Source: Candidatus Bathyarchaeota archaeon
Lineage (GTDB): Archaea; Thermoproteota; Bathyarchaeia; Bathyarchaeales; Bathycorpusculaceae
NCBI GenBank assembly: GCA_963832745.1
Contig: CAWHVC010000004.1
Location: 1 to 64,000 of the forward strand
Direction of reading: 5' to 3'
Length of the DNA stretch: 64,000 nucleotides
Shown here: piece by piece, positions 29,847 through 40,444 of the stretch
Layout of the letters: each line of letters starts with the position of its first letter
How positions within the stretch are numbered: position 1 is the first letter of the stretch
The notes under the pieces: model-generated
The model's input: only the letters and a program-made list of their open reading frames with translations
Database searches by the model: none
What the model was told of the DNA's origin: nothing
Translations under genes and position numbers: made by a program

Positions 29847-31411
29847 GTCAAACCCATCCTTGCTTTTTGAACCACCCGTTTGGGGTTGGCGTAATATTCG
29901 CGGATTACGTTTGCGACGTCGCTGTGTTTGCGGATGCCTTCTTTAACCATCCACTCCAAAACCACCCTTCGAGAGTCTAATTCACGTGTTAAGGCGTCTT
30001 GGGGCAAACCAAGTTTTTTGGCGTTCTTCTCAAGTAGGTTGCTCTGTCCTAAAAACGTGAAGGAGTCGTTTCGCTGGTTGTAACTGAAAACGTCTTGGGT
30101 GCTGATGTCGTTTGTTTTTTGATCTATGCCGTTGACTTCGGCTGCAACGTTAACTCGGCGGGCTGGTTTACCATTGATTTCGGTGCGTTCCATAACCAAC
30201 ACCACGTTAGTCATAGCCACCAACGTTTTAGGAATGTTCATCGGTGCTGATTCAAGTCTGCGGATTACTGCTTCCACGGATTCAGCGTGAACAGTACACA
30301 TACCCAAATGTCCCGTTGCCATAGCCTGAAACAGCGTGTATGCTTCATCGCCTCTGACTTCGCCTACGATGATGTAGTCTGGTCTTTGACGCACCGCCGC
30401 CCTCAGCAAATCGTAAAGAGTGATTGTGCTTGTGTGTTTTTCGTCAGCTTTGAAGCCTGCACGTACAACGGAGGGTATCCAGTTTTCGTGTGGCAAGTTG
30501 ATTTCTTGTGTATCTTCGACGCTGACAATTTTCATTTCTGGCTTGATAAACATGGAAAGACAGTTGAGAATAGTTGTTTTTCCGCATGCAATGCCGCCTG
30601 CAACCATAACGGAAGCTTTGTTTTCAATAAGAAACCACAAGTAAGCCGCCATTTCAGAAGAAATCGTATTAAAAGCGATTAAATCAGAAATGGTTAAAGG
30701 GTCAGCCTTAAATCGTCTAATAGTAAATGTTGAACCCCGCTTGGTAACTTCTTTACCGTAGGTTAACTGGATACGGCTACCTTCAGGAAGGGAAGCATCC
30801 AAAATCGGGGCGGCTATAGAAACGTTTTTTCCTGCTAAATAGGCAAGGCGGATTACAAAGTTGTCAAGTTCCTGTGCGTCACTGAACTGGATGTTTGTAG
30901 GCAGTGACTCATACATACGATGCCAAACGTAAATGGGAATGTTTACGCCGTCGGTAGAGATGTCTTCAATCATTTGGTCCTTCATAAGGGGGTCAATTCT
31001 TCCATACCCGACAAAGTCCCTGACGATGTAGTAACTGAGTTTATCGACGGCTTCTTGAGCAATTTTTATATGATATTTTTTTACCGTTTCTTTTATTTTC
31101 TCTTTCAGAAAAGCTTCAGCCTTGTCTTTTGTGCCAACCTCTTTAAGATTAACGTTAAGGACTTCCATTAGGATGTTCTTGATTTCCTGCAGGTAACGTG
31201 CCTCTTCAGGGTCAAGGGTGGGTTCAATGATTTCGTAACGAATTTTTTGAGTGTCCTTTTCGCGGACAATGGCTGCGTAAACATAGGGTTCCTGTAGGGG
31301 GTAGACTTCTTGGAAAACTGTTGGTCGTCGGGAGGCTTCGGCGTTTACGATGGCGATGGGCTCCGCTTGGGTTTCTACTGTTGGAGTTTCTTCTGGTTTA
31401 GCCTTCTTCAT
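29843..31411 (-). CDS. Type II/IV secretion ATPase (ArlI/TadA family)
   Basis: GGIACGKTT, VEDTQE, RQRPDYIIVGEVRG, TGH. Confidence 0.93.
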   Translation of the reverse strand: MKKAKPEETPTVETQAEPIAIVNAEASRRPTVFQEVYPLQEPYVYAAIVREKDTQKIRYEIIEPTLDPEEARYLQEIKNILMEVLNVNLKEVGTKDKAEAFLKEKIKETVKKYHIKIAQEAVDKLSYYIVRDFVGYGRIDPLMKDQMIEDISTDGVNIPIYVWHRMYESLPTNIQFSDAQELDNFVIRLAYLAGKNVSIAAPILDASLPEGSRIQLTYGKEVTKRGSTFTIRRFKADPLTISDLIAFNTISSEMAAYLWFLIENKASVMVAGGIACGKTTILNCLSMFIKPEMKIVSVEDTQEINLPHENWIPSVVRAGFKADEKHTSTITLYDLLRAAVRQRPDYIIVGEVRGDEAYTLFQAMATGHLGMCTVHAESVEAVIRRLESAPMNIPKTLVAMTNVVLVMERTEINGKPARRVNVAAEVNGIDQKTNDISTQDVFSYNQRNDSFTFLGQSNLLEKNAKKLGLPQDALTRELDSRRVVLEWMVKEGIRKHSDVANVIREYYANPKRVVQKARMGLT

Positions 31412-31630
31412 CTCCGCCGTAACCTCCTTTGATGAACTAAAGATGTGTTGAACAAGTAAACGGTGTATTAATTCTTAATAAGGCATATGGGTTAAGAATC
31501 AGTAGCCAAAAACCAGCTTTGCCAACCTGTTTGGCGACTATTAGAAATTATATACAAAACCCTAAGGGGATAGGTTGTATTGACGCTTCTTCAAGCCATT
31601 AACATGTTGAAAAACAGTAGAAAAAAAGGT

Positions 31631-32413
31631 TTAGAAGAAACTGCTTACCAGCGGTATCGGTACAAACAAACGCACATAGATTGTTACTGCCAACACAAGC
31701 GCGGTTATCGCGATTAGAACGTAGTCGCCTTTGTGTAGTTTTAGCAGGTACAGGTTTGTGCGTTTCTTTGTTGCACCCCAAGCCCTTGACTCCATTGCTT
31801 CTGCAAGTTCCAAACTTCGACGAATAGCGCTAACAATAAGTGGGATAAGAATTGGGATATAGTTTCTGATGCGTTTAAGCAGGCTGCCCTTCTCCAGTTC
31901 CAAGCCGCGGGCTTTCTGAGCGTCCATAATGGTCTGCGCTTCTTCCGCCAATACCGGTACAAAGCGGACTGCCGTGGTGAACGCGAATGCGAACTCGTAT
32001 GGCACACGTGATTGTTCCAAAGCCAACCCAAGATGGTCAGGCGAGGTTGTGAGGAAGAAAACTGAGAATGATTCAACCAGCACAACAAAGCGCATTGTCA
32101 TAGCTACGGCAGCTTCAATTTCGGGCACTGTTATGACGTAATTGTGGGTTAAGAAGGTTGTAAGCACGTTTAGTATGAAGATGAAGCTGGCAAGGAAAGC
32201 AGCACCCCGAAGTGAACGCAACCACTGCTTTTGAACTCGTGCAAGAAATACGAAAGGCAACTGCATAAGAAACAGAATCGCAAGTGGCAGCACTTCATAA
32301 AACAAAATTGCACTAATGAAGATGGCTATAACGTATACAAATTTGATTCTTGGATCCAGATTATGGATTGGAGAGTAGACTTTTCGGAATTTTAAGCCGT
32401 CAAAAACGCTCAT
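31631..32413 (-). CDS. ecfT: ECF transporter T component
   Basis: LDPRIK, AQKARG, AMESRA. Confidence 0.92.
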   Translation of the reverse strand: MSVFDGLKFRKVYSPIHNLDPRIKFVYVIAIFISAILFYEVLPLAILFLMQLPFVFLARVQKQWLRSLRGAAFLASFIFILNVLTTFLTHNYVITVPEIEAAVAMTMRFVVLVESFSVFFLTTSPDHLGLALEQSRVPYEFAFAFTTAVRFVPVLAEEAQTIMDAQKARGLELEKGSLLKRIRNYIPILIPLIVSAIRRSLELAEAMESRAWGATKKRTNLYLLKLHKGDYVLIAITALVLAVTIYVRLFVPIPLVSSFF

Positions 32414-33243
32414 CGGTGTTTACCCTCCTTGGCTTTGGATAGTATCGCCGTTTCGGCTTCGTCAATATCAATAATGTCAGCGGGCAAACCTAACGGTGAA
32501 AGTTTGGTGAAAACCTGAGCGATTTGTGGAAGCACAATAGAGGATTCCTGAAGCAGTTGGGGGTTGGTTAAGATTTCTTTGGCTATGCCGTCAGCAACGA
32601 TTTTGCCGTCCCGCATCAAAATAACGCGGGGATTACATTCAGCCACAAACTCGACGTCATGAGTAACCATAACAACCGTTTTCTTCTTTGTTTGCAACTG
32701 CATAACGAATTGGCGCAGCTTCTCCTTCTGCTCATGATCCTGACCAATAGTTGGTTCATCCAGCACCAACGTTTCAGGATCCCAAGCCAAAACCGAAGCC
32801 AACGCCACACGTTTACGTTCTCCACCACTAAGCAGAAACGGAGAAGTTTTACGGTACTGTGAAAGCGAGAGCAAATCCATTGCCCAAGTTACACGTTTTT
32901 CAATAGTTTCTTTGTCAAAACCAAAATTTTTTAATGCAAAAGCGATTTCGTCTTCAACGGTTTCGCTGAAAAGCTGATTATCGGGATTCTGGAAGACAAA
33001 GCCAACGTTTCTTGCAAGGCCTGCAACGCTGGTTTTTGTGGTTTCAACGCCGTTCACGCGAACAGTACCTGATGAAGGCTTTAGCAGTCCGTTGAAGTGT
33101 TTGATAAATGTGGTTTTTCCTGCGCCGTTTTGTCCCATGATTGCTATGAATTCGCCGTCTTTGATGGTTAAGGAGACTCCTTTTAGAGCTTCCACGTTGT
33201 TAGCGTACGAGTAGTGGATGGCCTCGATGTCAATCATTTGCAT
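32410..33243 (-). CDS. ecfA: ECF transporter ATPase
   Basis: GQNGAGKTT, FQNPDNQ, LSGGERKR. Confidence 0.92.
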   Translation of the reverse strand: MQMIDIEAIHYSYANNVEALKGVSLTIKDGEFIAIMGQNGAGKTTFIKHFNGLLKPSSGTVRVNGVETTKTSVAGLARNVGFVFQNPDNQLFSETVEDEIAFALKNFGFDKETIEKRVTWAMDLLSLSQYRKTSPFLLSGGERKRVALASVLAWDPETLVLDEPTIGQDHEQKEKLRQFVMQLQTKKKTVVMVTHDVEFVAECNPRVILMRDGKIVADGIAKEILTNPQLLQESSIVLPQIAQVFTKLSPLGLPADIIDIDEAETAILSKAKEGKHR

Positions 33244-34082
33244 AACGTCTCCAAGAGTTGCTCTGCAAGTTCGTCTGAGGACAGAGGCGTTTTCTTGTCG
33301 ACATTAAAGCCGTCATTCTTTAACTTCTTATAAAGCAAGGTAGCTTTAGGAATACCTACACCGATACTGCGGGTTTCTTCTAAGCAAAGGATGTCACGGG
33401 GGTTTCCTTCAAGGCAAATTTTGCCTTTATCCATCACAACCAAATGATTTGTGTATTTGGCGGTTAAATCCAACCGGTGTTCAACTAGCACAACCGTGAT
33501 ACCCTGCTCTTGATTAAGTTTGTAAATAACCTCAAAAATCTTCTCTGCACTCAATGGGTCAAGAAAAGAAGTTGGCTCATCCAACACAATAATTTCAGGC
33601 TGCATAGCCAAAACAGACGCAATTGCTACACGTTGCTGCTGACCGCCCGAGACTTCATGAGGCGACCTCTCACGCAAGTCATAGATTCCCGTCAAGTTAA
33701 GAGCCCAATCAACACGTTTACGCATTTCCTCACGGGGCATACCAAGATTTTCTAGGCCAAACGCGACGTCTTTTTCTACGCTTAACGCGAAAAGTTGGTT
33801 TTCGGGGTTTTGAAATACGAGGCCAACGTGTTTTGCCATGTCAAAGGTTTGGTTGCAGGTTATGTCTTGTCCTGCTACTATTACTTGGCCTTGTAGTTCG
33901 CCTTGATAGAAGTGGGGCACTAAACCGTTAAAGCATCGGCACAACGATGTTTTTCCACAACCGCTTGGGCCTGTGATAAGCACAAATTCGCCCTTTTCTA
34001 TGTTAAGAGAAACACCGTTAATAGACGGTTTAGAAGCGCCGGGATAAGTATACACGAGGTCTTTTATTTCGATTATCGCCAT
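33234..34082 (-). CDS. ecfA: ECF transporter ATPase
   Basis: GPSGCGKTS, FQNPENQ, VSGGQQQR. Confidence 0.92.
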   Translation of the reverse strand: MAIIEIKDLVYTYPGASKPSINGVSLNIEKGEFVLITGPSGCGKTSLCRCFNGLVPHFYQGELQGQVIVAGQDITCNQTFDMAKHVGLVFQNPENQLFALSVEKDVAFGLENLGMPREEMRKRVDWALNLTGIYDLRERSPHEVSGGQQQRVAIASVLAMQPEIIVLDEPTSFLDPLSAEKIFEVIYKLNQEQGITVVLVEHRLDLTAKYTNHLVVMDKGKICLEGNPRDILCLEETRSIGVGIPKATLLYKKLKNDGFNVDKKTPLSSDELAEQLLETLCK

Positions 34083-34135
34083 CGCACTTGTGCCTGCTAG
34101 ACATTAAGCGTGAACATAGCTTCATTTAAGCGTAG

Positions 34136-35131
34136 CTACGCATTAGTGGGTATTTTGTCCTTCAAAAGCTTTAAGCACTTATCTAATGCGTCGTCGAGTT
34201 CGCCTTTCGCGTTTACGCCTGCGGCCATTGCATGACCACCCCCCACGCCTCCAAGGCTTTCACCCATAGGCATGGCAATGTCTTTTCCAAGATGAATACC
34301 GGTTTTTTCGGTAAAGTCGCGGTTGCAGCGTAGGCTGACTTCAAGTTTGCCAGTTTTCTTTCCAGCAACAGCTGCCATGTGTGCGCCCAAGTCGACAAGA
34401 GATTTGGCGGCTGAAGCTTCATAAGCGCTAACATGGGACAACGCAATTATCCATTCACCTATTTTGACGATTTTTGCTCTCTTACACGCTTTAAGTTTGG
34501 CTAACCGTTCGGAATTGTCGATTGGGTTTTGGAATAACGCAAGCATCGCTTGAGCGTCTACACCGACGTTAACAAGTCCGCCTGCGATTCTGAAAGTGTC
34601 TGAGTCACCAAGTGCGAAATGGCGTGTATCAAAAGCTATGCCGGTGAATAGGGCTTTGGCTTCGTTTAAGGTGAGTTGGATGTTTGCGTTTTGGTATAAG
34701 TCGTAGATTATTTCGCATGTTGCGGCTGCTTTCTCGTTTATGATGCAAAATTTGCAGATTTGCTCGGTGTCCGGATTGGGGGTGTGATGGTCAATTATTA
34801 TCATAGGGGCTTTTGAGGATTTTAAGCGGCCAACGATTTCGTCAAGTTGTTCAACTGTGTTCATGTCAATTAGGAAAATGATGCTTGCAGATTCAATATT
34901 TGGTTTAAGGTTAACTGTGATGGGTAAGTTTTCAAGTAACTGTTTTGTGGGTTTGTTTATGCCTTGTGGGGCCCCGATTTCTACTACTAGGTCGGGTAGA
35001 AACCGTTTAAGTAGGCCTTGAAAAGCGTAAGCTGAACATACAGCGTCCGCGTCTGCGCTTTTGTGGCATAACAACAGTACAAACGTGGCTTGTTGTTCTT
35101 TTAGAATATCTACGATTTGGTTAATGCTCAT
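34136..35131 (-). CDS. DHH family phosphoesterase
   Basis: HKSADADA, IIDHH, GGGHAMAAG. Confidence 0.92.
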   Translation of the reverse strand: MSINQIVDILKEQQATFVLLLCHKSADADAVCSAYAFQGLLKRFLPDLVVEIGAPQGINKPTKQLLENLPITVNLKPNIESASIIFLIDMNTVEQLDEIVGRLKSSKAPMIIIDHHTPNPDTEQICKFCIINEKAAATCEIIYDLYQNANIQLTLNEAKALFTGIAFDTRHFALGDSDTFRIAGGLVNVGVDAQAMLALFQNPIDNSERLAKLKACKRAKIVKIGEWIIALSHVSAYEASAAKSLVDLGAHMAAVAGKKTGKLEVSLRCNRDFTEKTGIHLGKDIAMPMGESLGGVGGGHAMAAGVNAKGELDDALDKCLKLLKDKIPTNA

Positions 35132-35427
35132 AATAGTGTTCTCAAAAAGTTTTCACTTGCCAAATGTGCTTGTGCGACTGCTTCTTTTACCAGCGCATCA
35201 GCGTCAACATCTTTGGCTTGGTCGTTTAGGACAAGGTTTATTTCAACACTTAAATTGACGGGTTTTGTGCCTTCAGCTTCAACCGTTATATCTAGGCGGT
35301 CAACCATTTTAGAACTAATTTTAGTTTGAATATGTTTACGGGCAGCGTTTTCAGCTGTCGCACATAAAGTCTCAATTTGCTCGGTAGTTAGCTCGGGTAA
35401 GCCTAGCTCTACCAAGAAACATTTCAC
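35128..35427 (-). CDS. DUF3194-like protein
   Basis: GLPELTTEQIETL; usual position between prefoldin beta and DHH. Confidence 0.7.
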   Translation of the reverse strand: MKCFLVELGLPELTTEQIETLCATAENAARKHIQTKISSKMVDRLDITVEAEGTKPVNLSVEINLVLNDQAKDVDADALVKEAVAQAHLASENFLRTLL

Positions 35428-35440
35428 CTAAAAAAGAAGT

Positions 35441-35809
35441 TTACTGTTGACCCGCTGTCGGGTTTATTTCTTCTTGAAGTTTGGCTTGTGTTTCTTTGAC
35501 TTGGCTGCGGATGCGTTCTTCTTGCTTTGTGATGACTGTGCTGCGTGTTGCGAGGAGGTCTTTGCGTTCCGTTAGGTCTGCGGTGATTTTGGTTTTGTCA
35601 GATTTTACCAGCAGTGAGCCTATTGCTTTGTAGATTGCTGCGTCGTCTGCGGTTTTTGTCATTTCAGCCAGTGTCTGTTCTACTTCGCTTTTTTCCATTT
35701 CAACCTGCTGTTTCTGTGCAAGGATGGACTGTAGGGTTTGCTGTAGCTGTTGGAGCCTTAGTAGTCTTTCTTGAACGTTAGGTGGTAATTTTGATAATTC
35801 GTCACTCAA
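35441..35809 (-). CDS. pfdB: Prefoldin beta subunit
   Basis: LPPNVQERL...QLQQTLQSILAQKQQVE...IYKAIGSLLVK. Confidence 0.93.
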   Translation of the reverse strand: MSDELSKLPPNVQERLLRLQQLQQTLQSILAQKQQVEMEKSEVEQTLAEMTKTADDAAIYKAIGSLLVKSDKTKITADLTERKDLLATRSTVITKQEERIRSQVKETQAKLQEEINPTAGQQ

Positions 35810-35971
35810 GTTTTAATCCTTCCGTAACAGGCAATAAGCAAGGCTCAATAATAAGCATTTCCAACATTCGAAGCGAAGGCGAATCGTGAATTACTAAATG
35901 TTTTTGGCACGTTTTTCAATCAATAGCTTCCTTCCCGTTTTCGGGTTTTTTTGAATTGGAAGCGTTTGGAT

Positions 35972-36060
35972 GAGCCTACCCTTATAGTTTTTACCTACCC
36001 CCTATAGGTTTCTGCATAGATCTGCTATTTGGAGCCTAATAGACGGCTAATAGGTTGGTG
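35972..36060 (+). repeat. Dispersed repeat copy B (with partial internal duplications)
   Basis: ACCTACCCCCTATAGGTTTCTGCATAGATCTGCTATTTGGAGCCTAATAG...TAATAGGTTGGTG, preceded by GCCTACCCTTATAGTTT. Confidence 0.8.
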
Positions 36061-36685
36061 AGCAACATAGAGCTTCAAAGAAAGCAATGAAAAGCAGTGA
36101 ACAGCGAAATACAGTCGGGCACTAGCATGGCCCATTATGGAGCTTCCCGCCCAACACAAGCCACAACCAGCCAGCCCATATAAGCAATTTTGGCAACTAA
36201 AAAGAAGAAATAAAAACATGTCTAATAAAAAAGTATGTTTTCAAACTTCGCCAGATGTGCCCGATTTTCATAGCTCGTCATATTAAGAGGCAATTAGCAG
36301 TCTTATAAGGTCGAACGTTGTCCTTCTTACCGCCAACAATAAACCGTTTTCTCTGGCCTCTTTATGACTTCAAAGCGCTTTTTGAAGCTCACCGCCGAAT
36401 ACTATTTATTACTTGGGTTGGTCTGCTTTTGTATTTTTGTATTGGCAAATATCACTCTTCTTAAAGTTTTGGCTGTTAAAACTCGTAAAAGTTTTGATGG
36501 GGTTTTTTGAGGAGGCATCGTTGGCTCGAAAGCAAGTTGGAGTTTATAATTTATGTGTCATATTAAGCTATGAATTTTGTCGTAAAGGATATAAGCATAG
36601 GATGGTTATGGCTAATATGCCTCAAGCACAATATGCTTTGGGAAAGCATTAGCATGAAAGTGTAAACACAAATTGGGTGAACCAA

Positions 36686-37142
36686 TTGGAGAAAAACAAA
36701 CAAACCTCAACCCACAAACCAAACTACCAGAAGAACTAAAAACAAACTACATAAACCACCAGAAAAACCTCCGCTCATATAGAACAGTTGAAGACTGCGG
36801 CAGCGCTGAAACTTTGGAACACCCGCGGCTACCGTGATATACAATTCGATGTCCCTAGTTGTTTGGCGAGAAGACAGTTTTCGTTAAGGTTCTGGCAAAA
36901 CATGCAGACGGCACTGTTGTTGGTGTCGAATGCGTATCAACCGTCAACCTAAAGCAGTTACACAAACGAATTGCAACATTGCAAAGTTGTTTGCCACCCA
37001 ACACATACCTTATCGCAGTTTTCCCCGAAACCCTTGAAAAACAAGCTGAAACAGCAACCCAATTCTCCAATGAAGTATGGTTAACAGGCAAAAACGGCAC
37101 AGTCACCAAATGATGTTCGGCTCATATTTAGGAAAAGAATGA
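36686..37142 (+). pseudogene. Frameshifted hypothetical gene (nuclease-fold-like)
   Basis: Protein-like segments in shifting frames: LPEELKTNY / LKTAAALKLWNTRGYRDIQFDVP / FGEKTVFVKVLAK...GVECVS / MMFGSYLGKE. Confidence 0.5.
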
Positions 37143-37367
37143 CCCAACACACCAATAAACAACACCAACCTACACCCTATATGTGAAATAGTTCTAAAAC
37201 ACCGATTAATTGAGCATTCGAGACTTTTGTGTTTTAAATGCTTGACGAAATATAATTTAGAGCCTAAAAAATTAATTTGAACCATCAATTTTAGAACATA
37301 AAAAATTTTTTAATGAAAAATGTTATAACGAAAATAATTACTACAAAGAGGACTTAGGGGTAAGGCG

Positions 37368-38472
37368 TTGAAAGTCTCTGAGCAGAAATACACGTTTGAG
37401 AGTTTTCTTGATGAGCTAATTAACAATGGATTATCCGATAGAGAACGATTGAGAATTGTTTGCTATACAACCGATGAACCAGAGTGGGGTTCACGACCGC
37501 TAAATGGGTTATCACTACTAAGTACGTTTGAAACAAATGCGGTTGAGATAAAACCTCTTGGGGCTATAATGAGGTTAATCGCTCATTATTATGATCATCA
37601 AGTCGACCAAAATAAAGCAGTCACTTATTATGCTTTTCTTGATAGCACAAAAAATTGCTTCTTTGTTTCACGAATGCAACAGGATATGAAGTTCATCAAA
37701 CCCTCGATAGAATAGTTCTGAAAAATTCAGGGCTATATAATGCGTTTTTGGGCTCGCCTACAATGCTAAAGGTCGAAAGATTATTTCTAGAACAATATCA
37801 AGACACAATCATTAAACACTTCTCAGCCAAAAGAAATAGACAAAACATTTTCAAGAGTGAAATTCGCCCTGATTTTGAGAGAAGTATAGAATATACAGGT
37901 CTTGATGGAAAGAGCGCTTTAGAGGAAGTCAGGCGTATCTACGGTGTATCACCACGAATTATTCACTTTGAAATACCTGATTTTGGGCTCTTCAAGATTT
38001 ATTCAAGCGGTCAATTCTGTATTGAAAAAGGGGGCGTTAATGCAAAACGATACCTACTCAAAGTCACAGAATTTGCAACAGAAGATGCAATCTTAACGCG
38101 GAAAACAATCGAATCATCTAACTTCAAGAAATTGTCAGTTGAAACTCAACGAAAAGTCTTATTATTTCCTAAATTGAAGCCATGGCAAATCAAGTTCAGT
38201 ACTCCTGTTGACTTCGAAGCAGGTCAAGGTTTGGTTGATACCTTAAGAGAAAATAACTTTGAGATGTTCAACCATGTTCTTGAAAAAGGGTCTTTAACAC
38301 TAACGGGCTAATTACTGACAGACAAAAAGATGTAATTTTCACTATTGACGCCAACTCCAACAGGTTAGTTGTCGCCCCGCTCGAACAGATATCTTTCGAC
38401 TCCTTCCTCCGTTTCTACCAAGTCGTTATTGAGAATTTTGACCCTAATGCAGAATGCGAAGTGTTTGAATGA
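37368..38472 (+). pseudogene. Frameshifted hypothetical gene (about 365 codons)
   Basis: ORFs 37368..37715 and 37655..38311 plus a third frame LITDRQKDVIFTIDANS...FDSFLRFYQVVIENFDPNAECEVFE ending at TGA 38472. Confidence 0.65.
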
Positions 38473-38482
38473 GGTGATTCGG

Positions 38483-39522
38483 ATGAAAGAGTACAATAAC
38501 TTGGTAAAAAAATTGGGCGATAAAGAGAAAGAATCACTGAAAAAACATTTTGAACCGAAATTAGAAGCCCTGAAAATTATATGGCGGGATGAGATTTGCA
38601 CAGATGCCAAACATCTCGAACTAGTTAACATTTGCTATAATCTTTTTACCAGAAGCACAAGCATAAACCATGTTACGGGTTATAGAGTTATCTTAGTTGA
38701 CCCGCTTTTCACACTCGGAATAAAAAATTTCGACTTAGCTCTATATAATGAAGATATCAAATAGTAATTTTGATTGATGCAAAATCTTCGATATCTGAAA
38801 GGGGCATAGGCTATACTATCGATGATACTCACAAGCGTTCAATGGCTGCCGCAAACAAAGATAAACTGGAATTGTTTATTGGAAAGTCTATTGTTAAAAT
38901 GGAGTTTGCTATACTAACGCCCTCTTATTATGCTTTAGATTTAAGCAAAACTATCCAGACAAAGAATAAAGAAATTTGCGTTTGGGCATACTATCACGAA
39001 CCTAATAAGATAAAGCTAATACAGCCTTCAAGTGAAACCGTTCCAATTATGAGAGCAAATGGAAGAACTCATTCAGATGAAAAACTGCGTCAGATATTAC
39101 TAAAAACAATAGAGGCTAGAATGGGAGCTTTAAGAAGTTTACAAATAATGCCTACATCCCATATCTTCACTAAATTTGAGTACCTTGCGAGCGTTTCTTC
39201 ATTATTTTGGGACAACAATCCCAAGATAAAGGCTCATTAGTTATTCAGCGTTTATTAACCTGTTAAAGCAAGCGTATAGTTCAACCGAACTAATGAAGAG
39301 GGAATTGAATCTGAAACTAAGAAAATTATCAAATCAGGATTGAAGAAAATTGTTCAAAAAGGTCAATTTAGAAGAGCATATTGCAACATGTGAATTTACA
39401 ATTGCCTACAAACGCGCGTCTCCTGAAAAATTTAAGATGAATACATAGAGAATCACACTATTGACAAAGTTTATCAAGCGACAATAGCAGAGTTCAGAAG
39501 AGCTAACGGTATAATTGACTAA
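38483..39522 (+). pseudogene. Disrupted PD-(D/E)xK nuclease-like gene
   Basis: RBS GAGGTGA then ATG 38483; NFDLALY...IDAKSS motif split by the stop at 38764; further breaks after 39240. Confidence 0.55.
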
Positions 39523-39717
39523 ATGATCTCTAACAGTTTGGCCTTCATAAAATAGCGTTTTGCTCTCTCCTATGAGCGGTTCTAGCCTGAAGCGGTGCCT
39601 GCTTTGAAACGGGTGTAGGGAAAGGAAAGTATTGTAAGGCAGTTTTGCTGGCAGTCAAAGTTTCTTGACGAAAACGCTTTTTCTATTTACCACAAACCAC
39701 AACTTATCGATAGAAAA

Positions 39718-40321
39718 ATGAAAGTTATTGTCTACCTGCTACTTGCCCTACTTGTTTCTTCAACAATGTTTGGAGTTTGCAACGGAAAGGTGTGGTTTGA
39801 AGGAATCGATCCACAAGAGGCACAGGAAGTCAGACTTCTAAGAACATGGCAAAATACCTATTGAAAGCTCACGCAGGTCCTGCCAATGTGTGACCTAATT
39901 TTGAAGGAAACGGAACAACACAGTATTAACCTAAGCATTACTGTTACCACTTGGGCATTGGGTTATCAAAATGAAAACTTTGAAACTTGGCTCTCCATCG
40001 ACAACCAAGAACCAGAAAAACTAGTCAGGTATTCTACCATGTACGCCTTCTGCCGCTGGAGAGTTTTATGAACGCCAATACACTACAAACCTAAGCGGGT
40101 TAGCGGATGGTACTCATTTAATAAAAATTCGAGTAGCAGGCGAATGTTACGGTCCCAAGAGTGGCAATTATGATTGCGAGGGCAACGTTTCAATTATAAT
40201 TGACCAAGGTCAAACTGAACCCCTAACTAATACAGAATCATTTCCAAATGCAACCGTAACAGCCACTATCGACCTCATTATTGGAGTTGTAATAGTTGCC
40301 GTGGTCTTTCTAATTGTACAT
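39718..40321 (+). pseudogene. Degraded secreted/anchored protein gene
   Basis: Signal peptide MKVIVYLLLALLVSS, broken middle, then LSGLADGTHLIKIRV...IIGVVIVAVVFLIVHKR. Confidence 0.55.
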
Positions 40322-40444
40322 AAGCGAAATATCATTAAGTGACAATTAGAATGGTTGTCCAATCACCCAAAGTTCCTATCAGTTACTAGTAGTCAAGGTT
40401 TCTTGACGAAAATTCTTTTATGTTTAGTTAAGCGTCTGACTAAA

